Below, piece by piece: positions 37,245-50,100 of a stretch of DNA of 64,000 nucleotides (its first letter is position 1; each line of letters begins with the position of its first letter). This stretch comes from Leucoraja ocellata (Eukaryota). The stretch is taken from positions 1,550,001-1,614,000 of the forward strand of contig JAWMAR010000268.1 in NCBI GenBank assembly GCA_036785375.1. Reading direction: 5' to 3'. Below the pieces are notes generated by a model, which did no database searches, was not told the origin of the DNA, and saw nothing but the letters and a program-made list of their open reading frames with translations. Made by a program: the position numbers and the translations under genes.

Positions 37245-37350
37245 GAATACATCTTGAACAAGATTCAGAAAACACAGAAGCGTCGAGAGCAAATTGGAGA
37301 TAAAACAATTCTGAAGAAGCAACTAATGCAGCAGCAAGATTTGCTGCAGG
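37245..37350 (+). CDS. AKAP8L: Gene B exon 10 (EYILNKIQKTQKRREQ...QQQDLLQ)
   Basis: tttag|GAA...CAG G|gtaagt; 106 nt. Confidence 0.92.
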
Positions 37351-37459
37351 GTAAGTTGTAGAACATTGGTTTTATAGCTAACATAGATTGGTGCCTACAA
37401 CCTGTTGGTCCTCTCTATCCGAATGTAAACTGTTTCTTGAGGATTATCGAACTGTGTTA

Positions 37460-37815
37460 GTCATAGTCCCACTACACGGAAACTGCCTTCAGCCCAACTC
37501 GTTCATTCCGACCATGGTGCCCCATCTAAGCTAGTCTGCGTCTCTAAACTAGTAAACTAATCCCATTTGCCTGCATTTGGCTCGTCTGCCACTAAACCTT
37601 TCCCATCCATGTACACGTCTAAATGTCTTTGAGCGTCTATATTCCCTCTTTCTAACCTGTCCATCAATTTCACAAGGTCAGTTAACCCGCCAACAGGGTT
37701 TTGGGAAGAAGACTGAGCACCCTGGAAACCCACCCACGTGGCCACAGGGAATGTGCAAGCTCCAGGAGATCAGCGTGCATGAGCTTTGAGGCAGCAGCAT
37801 CACATGCTGCTCCAC
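37460..37815 (-). mobile_element. SINE/CR1-tail composite fragment
   Basis: Minus-strand CR1-like 3' end followed by the V-SINE domain (gagcaccctggaaacccacc...acagggaatgtgcaagctcc). Confidence 0.6.
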
Positions 37816-37861
37816 AGCTAGCTTCTTGGCTGCATCTAATCATTCATCATTTCTATTGCAG

Positions 37862-37992
37862 ATGTTGGCTTGGACCACTTCATGAAGAAGATAGAGGCAG
37901 CGCATTGTGTGGCCTGTGACCTTTTTATACCAATGCAGAATGCTCTCCTTGCGCGTCATCTGAAAACTGGTGACCATGGCTGGAACCGCAAG
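37862..37992 (+). CDS. AKAP8L: Gene B exon 11, AKAP95-type zinc finger 2 (DHFMKKIEAAHCVACDLFIPMQNALLARHLKTGDHGWNRK)
   Basis: tgcag|AT GTT...AAG|gtaagt; 131 nt; CDLFIPMQ..HLKT.DH is AKAP8L-like. Confidence 0.95.
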
Positions 37993-38429
37993 GTAAGTGG
38001 TACAGAGAGATGGAGGGCGGATTTGAAGATCATTGATGTAGAAATCCAAATTGGATTAATGTTTACAGAGTAACATGGGGAAAACACAACACATATGTTT
38101 TATTGTGATGTAATTTTCATAAGCCTAAACACATAAATTGCTTATGAGCAATTAAGCCAATTAGCAACTGATTAGGCCACTTGACCCTTTAATTCATCTC
38201 TGCCATGCAATAAGATAATCATTTGATTGCAACCTTGATCTTGACTTGGGGTTACTTGCTGTAACTTCATTCTCTTTGCAAACTTATCTGTCCCTCTGCC
38301 TTAAAATAGATTCAAAAATAGTTTCCACAGTCTTTTGAGAGTTTGTAGGTTTAAATTATTACAACAAATAATCATTTTGTACTAAGTTAATCTTCAATTC
38401 TGCTTGAGGGATTTGTTTAATTCACAGAA

Positions 38430-38620
38430 TTTAGACACAAGGAACTGCAGATGCTGGAATCTTGCCTGGAACATAGTGCTCATGTAACAGTGGGTCAGGC
38501 AACATCTCTGGAGGATTTGGTGACATTTCAGATTGGCACCTGTCTTGGGACCGGAAAAAGACCCAACCCAAATCGTCACCTCCAGAGGTGCTGCCTAACC
38601 CGTTTGAGTTACTCCACTTT
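38430..38620. mobile_element. Diverged Penelope-derived short element
   Basis: ggaactgcagatgctggaatc...ggtgacatttc...ccagaggtgctgcctaacccgtttgagttactcca. Confidence 0.65.
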
Positions 38621-39283
38621 TACGTGGTGTACAGAATTGTTATATCGCTGGTCTAACATTTGAGGTACATAAGAAGTCCATGAAAACCAATTATCTTCTC
38701 ATATAGCTTCGAATTAAGTTTATTCTCCTGTTGCAGCTGATTTAATGTGCTCAGGTCTTGAACAATACTGCATTTTCATGGAACCTGATTTAAAATCAAT
38801 GCTCTCCAAGTACATTGGCATCAGTTAGCCCCCTTCACTTATCTCGGAAATCATTCTTATGTGGTTTACAATTATTTATTACTCAAATACATTATTTTTT
38901 CCACTTCTGTAGTACTTCCTTGAATTTGCTTTCTACGGGTTTCTGAAATTTAGCCCGAGTTTACCTGTAGAGAGGTTATAAATTTAATTGAACAATGGAA
39001 GGTACATTTTATTCTCCAAAATGGAATCAAGTATCTCAAAGCCCTCATCTGGGAGTGGCGTAGGTAAAGATGTTGTCCAGCATCTCTCCACCTAAGATTC
39101 CAATATGGCCTGTTCTATAATGTGATTTTAAATAGTATTGGGGTTGGTCCTTTTCTTGATGTGTAAAGAAAATGAACACTTTGTGCCTATTAATTACAAG
39201 ATTCAAAACAATATAAACACAGAAATCTAATTGTAAAGTAGCTGTCTTTGTTCCTGGTTTACCATTCTTTGCTTCCTCACCAG

Positions 39284-39379
39284 ATAATGTTGGAGAAAGC
39301 CAAGAAGGGCAGCCTAGTTGTCGCCCGGAGTGTCCTGAACAACCGCAACATTGCAGCAATGCTAGAAAAGTATAAAAAG
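39284..39379 (+). CDS. AKAP8L: Gene B exon 12 (IMLEKAKKGSLVVARSVLNNRNIAAMLEKYKK)
   Basis: accag|ATA...AAG|gtacag; 96 nt; matches the VA(K/R)S(V/I)LNN...LE(K/R)Y motif. Confidence 0.93.
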
Positions 39380-40925
39380 GTACAGAGCTGGTCAAGTGTA
39401 ATTTGGCTGTGTATTTTTATTGCTTAGATAAAAAGTAATGTATGTATTGATGGAAGGAACCCTTGGGAAAACTGGTTGTGTCTTCTACTTTTGAAGCGTG
39501 TGGAGAATATGGTAGGTTTGTATCCAGTTGATCTCATGACCAGGCCTCGACCTTGCCCTGATCTTGATGTTCTATGCCGGCCTCAACTCCTCTTCTGTAC
39601 CTGTTCCCCAAAACCTTCAATTCCTCCATCTTACATGTATCTTGATATCAGGTATCCATTAAGACAGGGATTCCAGAGATTCACAGCTCTCAAATATTTT
39701 TTATACTCAGTTTTTAATGATCTGCCCCATTACCTTATAACTGTGTATTTTCGTGATTCTCCCACTAGTAAACACATCTCAAATGTCAATCTTATCAAAC
39801 CCCCTCAGGATCTTGTATGTTTGAATAAGGGGACTTGTCATTCTTTCCAAACTCCAAGGAAGACGGACCAAAACTGTCCCGACTTCTCTTGATAAGGACA
39901 GCCCTCTCAGGAATCTCCTTCGGACCAAATCTCAGACCCAAAATTTGAGCAGGTTTTCCAAACTTTCATAAAACCATGTTGACTATGTTTGATTATATTC
40001 AATAATTTGTTATTTCATCCTTGATTACTGACTTGAGCATCTTGCCTGGAGTTTGCAGAATTTTTTTTCCCTTATTGAACAAGGGGGACATTACCTGTTT
40101 TGAAATATTTCGACCAATGGTCCTTGTCTCTGCAGCTGTTTCCTTTAAATCCTTGGATGCAGGCTGTTGAGTCCCAGCGATCGATTCTGCATAGCCACCA
40201 GTTCTGTTTTCTGTTGTTAATTCACCAGCCTCGTTCTCCTGAGCGATACCTTACCTATTTTAGTTTCAGTCTTGGAGCTTTTAGCTGCTGGATCATTACA
40301 TTTCCAGTCCTCCGTCCTATAACCAGCCCGTGCCACTTTGTCACCACTCTTCAATTCAACATAATCATTGACCTCCTTTTGTTAACCACAGTTTGTGTGC
40401 CTTTCTCATCAGTTTACCCCAATTAGGAATACATTTTCTATTGATTGTCATAAACCAGCTGTTCATCTATTGACCTGCCTCTTGGCTCCTGCTACCAGTT
40501 CACCTGGAACAATTCCACGCTCATGCCATAATTGCCCTAATTTAAGATGGTCAGTAGTGTTGGTCTTGTGGTATTCACCTTTAAACTACACCTGGAATTC
40601 TATCGTATTGTGGTCACGACCTGCGAAGGAATATTTGACCCCAAGATCTCTGATGTTTCCTCGTTACTCATGAGTAAATCCAAAATTGGTTTGTTCTATA
40701 ACCTGCTGTTCCAAGAAACAATTCCTGACACACTCACAAATTATTGTTCTGCAAAACCCTTGCCGGTTTGGTTTGTCTAATCAATAAGTAGAAATCTCCC
40801 ATTGCAATTGCAGTTCCCTTCAAGCATGCCCCTGATATCTCTCCATTTGTGCTCCATCCAGTGGAGATATTGGGGTTCTACAGACTATTCCCATCATCTT
40901 TCCGTGACTTTATCTATTACTATAG

Positions 40926-41196
40926 ATGACACAGTTGTGCTGCTGGTAGAGCTGCTGTCCCACAGCGACCTGGGTTTGATCCTGACCTTGGGTGCTGTGT
41001 GTGTGGAGTTTGCACGTTATCCCTGCGACCTAGTGGGTTTCCTCCCACATCCCAAAGATGTGCAGGTTTATAAGTTAATTGGGGTCTGTAAATTGCTCGC
41101 TAGTGTGTAGGGAGTGGGATAACATGGAACTAGTGTGGATGGTCAACATGGATTCAGTGGGCTGATGGGCCTGTTTCCATGCTTTATCTCTAAACT
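40926..41196 (+). mobile_element. tRNA-derived V-SINE-like element
   Basis: ctggtagagctgctg...gggtttgatcctgacc; ttcctcccacatcccaaaga; ctctaaact tail. Confidence 0.8.
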
Positions 41197-41933
41197 ATCC
41201 ACTGCCTCATGACTCAACACCACTCTGATCAACCATCTTGCCCTTCCTCCTCCCCCTTTTGGTCATTGTATCACTTGGAATATTGAATACCCAGTCTTGG
41301 TCACCCTGCAACTATATTCCCATAATGGCTATCAGAACATACTCTTGTTATCTATGCTGCCGTCTATCTTGTTAAAAATATTACGCATTCTAATAGACAC
41401 TTTGATTTTGTTTTGTATGTATCTTGCTCTGTGCCATTTCCATTTTCTGCCCCAGCATGTTGCACAGCCAACGTGTGCCAGCAATATAGGTTGAGAGGTG
41501 TGAATGTTAAAAATATAGAGATGGCTTACAGATTGTAGGGGGTATATTTACCTCAATCCATATGATTATCTTTTTAGTTCCCTCTGCTTTGGGTTTTATT
41601 TTGTTTATAGCTTTTTAAGAGCTTTGTTACTTTTCTGGGTGCTGTCTGAAACCCCTTTCCTCAAATATTCAAGTTCTGATCTTCATACAAGAAGGAAAAC
41701 AATAAAGTAGTTAGTGTGAATTCTACTTTTTGTCGAGATCTGATTTTAGCTTAATCCAGATTTATCTCAACATCTTAACATTTTCATAAATTCAGAGATG
41801 TGTGCATCTTTTGAGTTTTAAATGTTGTGATGATGGTGTGATAAAGCATGTTTCTGTTTCTGGTCATGAACAGCTGACCACTTTGATCCTGTGGAGTCTA
41901 ATCTATTCTAATTAAAACGCCCTCCTTTTCCAG

Positions 41934-42413
41934 GGTGAGAACCCATTCACTGATGAGGACAAAGACGAAGAAGATGCTGGCGATGAGACTGCTGAGGGCG
42001 AGGCTTTGAAAGATGCCTCCATCGATGTTGAGGCCAAAGAAGGGGAGAATGAAGATAATGACAGCACAGTTAGAATAAAGGAAGAAGTGGATGACCCGTT
42101 AGAAGAAAACATTGGGGAGACGAGGAAAGAGGAGTCTGGGGAGGGGGCTGGAGCGGAAGCATTGGGACGGGGTTCAGGGGAGGAGGGCGAGGCAGCACTA
42201 GGGACTGACAGGGTAGAGGCAGAAGAGAAAGGGCCTGGAGGGGAGACAGAAGTGGAAGGGAAGAGAGATGCTGAGGGAGAGACGGTGCACGCAGCAGAAA
42301 AGGCTCTTGGGGAAACAAAGGGTGCAGCGGCAGCGGCAGAAGAGAGGGAGGTGGAATTGACAGCTGAAGAGGAAGATGAGATGCTGAAGGGAGAAGAGGA
42401 GCAATTGGAGTAA
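41934..42413 (+). CDS. AKAP8L: Gene B terminal exon 13 (GENPFTDED...acidic tail...EEEQLE*)
   Basis: tccag|GGT GAG AAC CCA TTC ACT GAT; 480 nt to TAA. The 13 exons total 1959 nt = 652 aa + stop. Confidence 0.93.
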   Translation, partial: GENPFTDEDKDEEDAGDETAEGEALKDASIDVEAKEGENEDNDSTVRIKEEVDDPLEENIGETRKEESGEGAGAEALGRGSGEEGEAALGTDRVEAEEKGPGGETEVEGKRDAEGETVHAAEKALGETKGAAAAAEEREVELTAEEEDEMLKGEEEQLE

Positions 42414-43359
42414 ATTTTAGGCTGATTTCTGCAAACATGCAGGTATAATTCTATCCCATACCAATTATTGAGGTTTATACTAGTTTAAGAATTTCAGTGT
42501 TTTTAACTTGCCAGTAGATTTGTGTTCACTTGCTGTATTTCAGTTTCATCCCATGTGGCTGACAAAGTCAAATTTTCTCTCACCTTCTCACATTTAATGT
42601 GAATTTTTTTAAAATAAATTTGGTTTCTGTAATGTGATTAATGTGGTATTCAATTGACCCTACAAAGTTGAGGACTGGCATGAAGTTTGTTTGCAGTAAT
42701 CTACGCTTAAGTGATCTGTAATTTGTACGATCTGGTGTCTTGATTCCAAGCCACCCAACTAAGAATTATTACCATTTGGTCCATTAGAACAGTTACTTAA
42801 CTAAGATACTGGTTTAAATTTCTCATTTGGTTTGTGTACAGGTGAATTGTAAATATGCAGCAGGTTAACTGGTTTATTTTGTTATATTAATTAGTTCTGC
42901 ATGAAGGTGGGTGGCACTTTTGAGCATGTTGCTTTGCTTTAGATCTATAAATGCCAACATTGAAATTCATTGGATTGGTTTGGGAGCCTAAATACTGCAT
43001 TCCCACAGGGTGTGGGCTTCCTCATAACCTGGTGAATCTAAGCCGGACTTGACTTTATTGAATTTGCACCTGTTTTCAAACCAAATGCAGATCCACTTGC
43101 CTATGAACCATAGTGCTAGGTGATTCAAGTACACTTGAGTATTGAACAATGTTAAATTAAAAGCAGACATGGCTTAGCTCAGTTGGAATGTGTAGTTTAG
43201 CATTGTGTAATCTGCAGAAAGTAGCAGCATTATTTCCCTCCTCCCTGATTTATTCTGCCCTTGCTTTTCTATGCTATAGCTTTATTTAGGCTACTTATAT
43301 GTACTTGAACTTTGTTTTCAATTTTATACACAACTGTAAATCAGTTTGTAGCACTGTCA

Positions 43360-43395
43360 ATTAAAACTTCCAATGTATCATCAGTGTCTTGGCTT
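43360..43395 (+). terminator. Probable polyadenylation signal of gene B (ATTAAA plus downstream GU/U-rich tract)
   Basis: ATTAAA at 43360-43365 followed by cagtgtcttggctttt; a proximal AATAAA lies at 42613-42618. Confidence 0.5.
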
Positions 43396-44136
43396 TTAAA
43401 TATAATCTAGTCCTAATAATTTGTCTGCTTCTGTCAGACCATTACATGTGAGATTTTGCATTTGTAGTGGGAAAATAGTATTCTAGATGCTGGTCCCTTG
43501 ATTTGCACTTGCTATTTTTTGTCTTGAATAGCATAATGATATCATATTTACACGGACCAAAAGCTTGGCTAATAGTTGATGGCTAATTTAAGGACATTAA
43601 TAACACTGAGATAACTCCATGTGGGAGTGGAGGCTCTTTCAGAGGATGAATATGGTCTTTGTACTGGAAAGGAATCTTGGATCATAATTGAATCACAGGG
43701 TGGCAGGGTTCCTGATTTAGCTTACGTGAAATTGTATGGCAAAAGCAATCTTTCTAGAGTAGCTAGTCACTTTGGAAGGATAACACTTGTGTACACAATT
43801 TGAACATGGAACTGCCACAAATATGTTAAAGATCTAGTATTTTTGGTAAAAGCTTTCCCAGCTTCACTTGTAAAACTAAACAAAAGTCATTCAGGAGAGA
43901 TTTATGGTATAATTGGGAAGCCATTTCCGAATCATTCAGAGATGAGAAGGTTAGAGACTGCAACATAACCTTTGTTTTGGATGATGGCATCAGTGGTATC
44001 GTTAGAGTTGAAATTAATCTGGACCTGCACTGGAGCAATTTAAAATTGCAAGTACAGTACACATCCTTACAAATTCTCACTTAAGCAGGGTACTGTGTTC
44101 AAGGTCTAACATACTAAATTTACCAGTCTGAACATT

Positions 44137-47100
44137 TTTATTTTGGGTTTTGTTTATTTGGAGTAAATGATACACAACCTTCAGTAACATGTACAGCAGT
44201 AACAGTTTATACCTCTGAGGCACCAGCTTCCAGTTTGGTTTGTTTAACCTTCAACAGTTTAAGAACAGAAGTTAGTGTGGAAAGTTGAGTTAACATGTGT
44301 TGTACACATCTTCCTTAGAAGCTTTACCATATACTAAATTTATAAATGACTCCATTACAAATCAGTAAATACAGCCCTATACAGCTGTGTGCGCAATCAA
44401 GTTTACATATTTAAAAAAAATTATAAAATGCAGTGTCTACCTAATTACAAATGTGTTCCACTGACCCCAGCAACAGAACAGGAACGGTGCAGGATACAAA
44501 TAAGCAGCAGTAGAGACTAAAGGTTGAATTTCAAATATTTCACGCATCAAACCTGAGCACAGGAAATTTCACCATAGCTACTGAATTGTAGCTTACGATA
44601 GTATTTTAAAACCATGGACAACAGCATTCATTATACAATGATTAATCTCTACTGGTCCTCATTATGTACCAAGAGAAAATGGCAGTTAGGATCGTGCCCT
44701 GCAGTAATATCTATATACTGAGCTTTTCGGTTTAATCCTTCATCCAGCTAGAGTGTTGTCAAATATCTATAGAAATCTTGCATCTTAATATGCAGGGTGT
44801 AATACTGAATGAAAACTCAGCCTTGAACATTAATGCTAGTCCTGTACCTTATTTCACTTTGGTAAAGGGAAGCTTCTAGCTTGAATGTGGCTACAGTTTG
44901 ACCTCTTCCCATTAAAAAGAAACAACCTCCCTGGATGTCAAATGAATTTGACCTAGGAGAGAGGAAGAAAGGTAATACTACCCAATGCAAGGAAAATAAT
45001 CCAAGCAGTACTCACTTGTTTAGTTATGACAGTGACCACATGATTAAGATGCAAAAACATTAACACCTATTTAGATACTAACGAGGAGCATATTAAAGCC
45101 ATGCCACAAGGATTCCATAGGGCATACCTTAGATCTGCTCCACTCTTTGTTGGGTTACACCTATATTATATCAAGCCTAACTACCCTTTAATATTTTATT
45201 CACCACATCTTGGTACAAACTAGGTCAAGAACTGCAGCTGAATACAGGAACTCAAACTATTTTACACCATGCAACAATTTCTTTTTACAATATCTCAACA
45301 TGAATATCAGGCTAATGCGTTGACAATTTTTTCAAAAAATGTGTCTGTAGTGATCCTGGCTTCCATATAAAGGAGCTTGTCCAATACTTTATCATCCTGT
45401 GGCTGGCATCAGTGAAACACCTTAAGACCATGAATTAAAATTCCAAGTGTAAAAGTGACTTTTTAAACCTACAAAATACATTATACAAAAGCAGAATGAC
45501 AACCTTAACAGTACTGTGCATGGGGAGAGGAGGGGGACAATCAAAGGAATGGACTGAGTATCATCACACATTCAGGGAAGCTTTCAATCCAGAGTTTCTA
45601 ATCAGGAAAAATAAATAAATTAACCACAGTGTGCTACATTGATATTTAAGAGATTAAAAGATTTGAAAAACAGCATCTGCAACTGAACTGTTGCTTTGTG
45701 CACTTCAAGGTTGTACTTTTTCACATTTCCAACATCTGTTGTATTCCTTCCAACATATACCTGCCTCAAAGAAAATAAGCACAGAAAGATAGCTCTAGTC
45801 ACAGTTAATGCATCTTCCCCCTACATGCCCAACCCCACCTCAGAATTTCAAGAGTTGACCTTGTGATCGATCACTCAGTATTTTTTTTTTTTAATGCTGC
45901 AAGATCACCAAAATACAATGTATTCAAACCGTGATGGTCCATATGACGATTGCATACTCTTCTTATTCTAGCTACTCCTAGTTGAGAGTGAAAAATTGTT
46001 CTGGAATTCAGGAACAAGATGTTTTGGGCAGCAACAATATTCAGAGCATGTCCATTGGAAATGACATGCAAAGTTTTCTATTATAGTGTTCTTTTTAATT
46101 AAAAAAAACATAGTTCCAATCTGTATAACAGTGATAGCTACAAAAACGGAACCCTTGTACTGCAATTTCAGTCATGAAACACCTGCTCAACATGTAGATT
46201 AATCGTCCTGGGTACTTTTACCATAATTTTAGCATTTAGGTATAGTCCCCTGATAAGCAGCATTTTACTGGAAGAAACTGGATGGCAATGTAGTTTAACA
46301 TTACATGTCTAATCCAAGAACTACTGACCTCACACAGCATGTGGACTTTACTGCACCTGTCTCGGGTAGAACATGCAGATCAACCGAACACAAAAACCCA
46401 CACTTCCACAAATTGTAACTGTCTGCAAGGATCTCCAAACTAAACAACCCAAGCCCTCCATTGATTTTCCACAGAATATGAGGCCTAATGGAGTCAAGTT
46501 TCTCTTCAGAATCTTAAAGCAAAATCAGCAGGGGAACTGGGAAAAGTGGGACGGCATCACTCCAAGCAACATTTCAGAAACTTACACGGGTAATTGTTCA
46601 GATTCAAACCTGTGCATTTGGATAGCTCAAAAGTCATGAATGTTTCCTCAATTCATGGAAAGATTCATAGCGGATGCCCTAGACAATATATTTACTATTG
46701 CCGCAGATGTCCTAGCCCTATTTACAGTGCAGAACAATTCACTTAGTCATGTTGAGGTAAAACAGGTCATATGAGGCCATGCCCAATAACTCTAAGCAGC
46801 TATCCACTCATAATCTAACTGGCTAGCCCAACTGATTAAATGGCAAAGCCAGTGACCTCCATGTGGTTGCAGGAACATCGTACGGGTTCTTAATATATCC
46901 TTACTATGGTGTCCCGAGACAACATAAAGTATTTTGTTTTGCTGGAGATGAGTTTCTCATACATTACTTGGATCCGGTCAGAGGATGTTAGCAAGTTAGT
47001 GAGCCATGGGAACCATCAAAGCCAAAGTGAGCGTCAGCAAGAAGCCCACGATTTAAGTCTCCCAGGGGTTAACTATTAAATATGAAACCCTAACAAGCTT

Positions 47101-50100
47101 ACAGAGCCTGACCAACAGTCTAGAGAGATTGGAGAAATCGATAAATCTGAACATTCCAGTCCAGAGTAAGCACTACACAACAAAGGCAGCTGAAAAGGAT
47201 GCGGGATCTGCATACATGATCAAAAATCAGACTGAAAAATAATCAGAACTACAACTAGATTACAAACATTCACTCAGGATTGCCATGATGCACTGTGGAT
47301 TGTTGGGTACATATCAACATTCCTTATGTGGCTATTCTTGTAGCATTCAAAGTGGAGCAGCTTTGCAGAACCACAGATTCTCCAGAGTACATTTTGAATA
47401 AGACAATTCACATTTTGAAAGGGGACAAAACAGTGAAATGATCAAGATAATTCCAAATCCCAACCAGCATTGCTCCACCAATTGCCTGGTAACCTAATTG
47501 CTGGAATCTAAGCCACTATACACCTACCTACACTCCTAACATTTACATCTGAGAATGGTTTGGGCCTCATTCCATGTGATTTAAACATTAACACATGGCT
47601 GTTGAACTCATTACTGATTGGTTTGATGTTAAAATTCCCATGTGTTCACCTTAAAAAATACTTTTCCAGCAAACGATATCAAAGTTTAACAAAAAGAACA
47701 ATTAATGGGACTGCCTATTATAATCTGGGAATTAACACAAAACCCAAGGCTGCCCACCTCACTGGCTACAAACCCAGTTACTCAGTATGATTCACAAACT
47801 CAAATCACATTTCTGCTACGAGGCGAGTTGGCTGAAACAAAACTTCTGAAATATCACTCTGCTTTGGAAACGTTCATCTGCACAGACCGATCGTGCAGGA
47901 CGTTTTTGCCAGAAGATGGTGATCAAAACGGTTTTACTCCATATCCTCAACACTCCATGTATTAACAAAAGGGAAATTAAAGCTGTGAAGCTGCAAGCTG
48001 CGCAAAATTAAAATTCACTTTTATTGTGGTAGCCGTAATACTTTTTTAAAAAAAGGAGTGGGTTAAAATACAAAGGGTTGAGAATCAGTAATATTCAACA
48101 GCACATGCAAGAACAAGTTGGGATACAGAATAAAAAGCATTTTTATGAAGTTACAACTACATCAATAAAACAAAAAGCAAAATCTCATTATAGTAACCAC
48201 CACCAGAGAAATCATTGATGTCACAACCCTATGTAATTAAATATTTGCACTACCAAAAAATTATTCTCAAATACATTTCAGATTCTTGGAAGGCAATAGC
48301 AACCACGTTCAGAGCCAATAGCCGATTCCTTTCACCACCTCTTCACTGATTTAGTCACAGACGTTACCTCCCTGGTACAATCTTCAATCGCAACAACCAG
48401 GACAAACAGACACTGCCAACTACCCAAGAGATTCCTTTAAAGTTTCAAGTAAAAGATAAACCTACAAAGATTGATCATCAAACCTAACAGGAATAGATGG
48501 AGGAAAATAATTCTATTCAGAACGAACAGTGAAGTGGGATTGATTGACTTAACTCTTTCAAAGCCTCAGCACTAGGTCCAAACATTACTCTCTTAACATG
48601 CTGCTCTCCTAAAAACCACCTGACTGTTGAATCAACTCCCATGCCTTTGAATTTGATGGGAAGAGTTATTGTTGAAGCAGATAAAGATTTATTTCACACT
48701 GCCATTAAATGTGATCAGACCATCAACAAGACTGGAGATCTCCAGGTAGTCTCAAAAGCCAAAAGAACATTCTCGTGGGCTGCTAACAATCAGATTGCAC
48801 AACAAGCAAACTTCAGAAAAGAGGCAACTCCAAGTCTCCACTGGCAACAAGGTGACACATTGGTATTACTACCATAAGAGTTCCCAGTTCAGGAAGACTC
48901 ATTTGAAATATAATCAAGATCTGCTCTATTTAAAATACTCCACACAAACCCAGATTGAAAATACACAAACGGCACAGAAAATTTGTATTTACTCCCTGGG
49001 TTGTTCTGGGAGTGGGCTGGGATTACGAGGGAAAGACCGAGGGGACCCCCAGCGAACAGGAGCAACCAAAATCCCAGGATTTACACAGGTGGTTGCGGGT
49101 TCAGACAAACTTAATAGCGGGCATGTAGAAACAATAACCGTGAATCTGTGTGGCTCAGGGTCTGAGGAAGTGTGAGAAGTTTGTCAGCGGTGGAGAGTAG
49201 TGAAGGGTCTTGCCTCCATCTTGCAAGTACCAGACCCAAGGTGAAGGAGTGGCAGTGACAGTTTGGCAGTGAAGATGGGAAGTTCAGAACTAAAATTAAA
49301 AGGTTCAACACAATACTAAAATGAAATATTCAAAATATATATTTTGTTACCAATACACTAAAAAACCCACAACAATAAACTACCCAAATGACCATCGGAA
49401 GGGGATTTACGTACAATGAATTTCCACTGGTTCAATGAAGGGTTGTGTAAATGTGTTGAGACACAGTCCATTCTGGAAAACAAAATCTTTTTCTATGATA
49501 CCCAACAACCAATTTCATAGCACCTTTGGTTATGAAGGTATATTTCAGTACACTCCAAGTTACAATACACAGTCACAGGAACAAACAGGTAACAAGATAT
49601 TTTTTTTTGGTCACAGAGTCCAACTGCATTAGATGCATAGACCTACATCACAACACTGAAAATAGATAGTGATCACAAACAATAGGTTTTAATTCAAACA
49701 GTCAATAAAAACAAATCAACCATTTGTAGTCCACTTACAAATCAGAAGTGGTGGTTCTGAGACTGATTTTTTTTTGTTTTGGTGGAGAGAGGAAAGAGAG
49801 ATTTGAATTTGACGAATATCTTTCTAATGAGCAGCCTTGAGAGAACTCCCTCCTCTTCCTCCCCACAGCATCATTACCTGGCTGGCTAAAGGACCAGTCG
49901 ATCACCCCAGTAGCAGGGAGATCTCTTCGATGCACAACCGATGGAGCAGGCAGGTGACCCTGCTGGCAGCAGTGGCTGGGCTGGTTCCTGTGGGAGAAGC
50001 TTGCATCTATCTGCTCGTCAGACACAAAGTGACAAGGGGTCCACGGACGTGAAAGGGAGCACAAGAGATTCAAGGACCTGCTTTACACTTTGCTAAAATC

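Noticed and set aside
38150-40900. Old minus-strand CR1-like remnants in gene B introns (similar traces near 24000-24500, 31100-31700, 62200-62460)
   Set aside because: Too degraded to delimit by eye, so not listed as discrete features.
41827-41877. Possible intronic C/D snoRNA (GTGATGA...CTGA) near the last acceptor of gene B
   Set aside because: Only ~51 nt, no terminal stem and no recognisable antisense guide.
41912-42438. Minus-strand ORFs of 66-122 aa
   Set aside because: Antisense shadows of the purine-rich acidic terminal exon.
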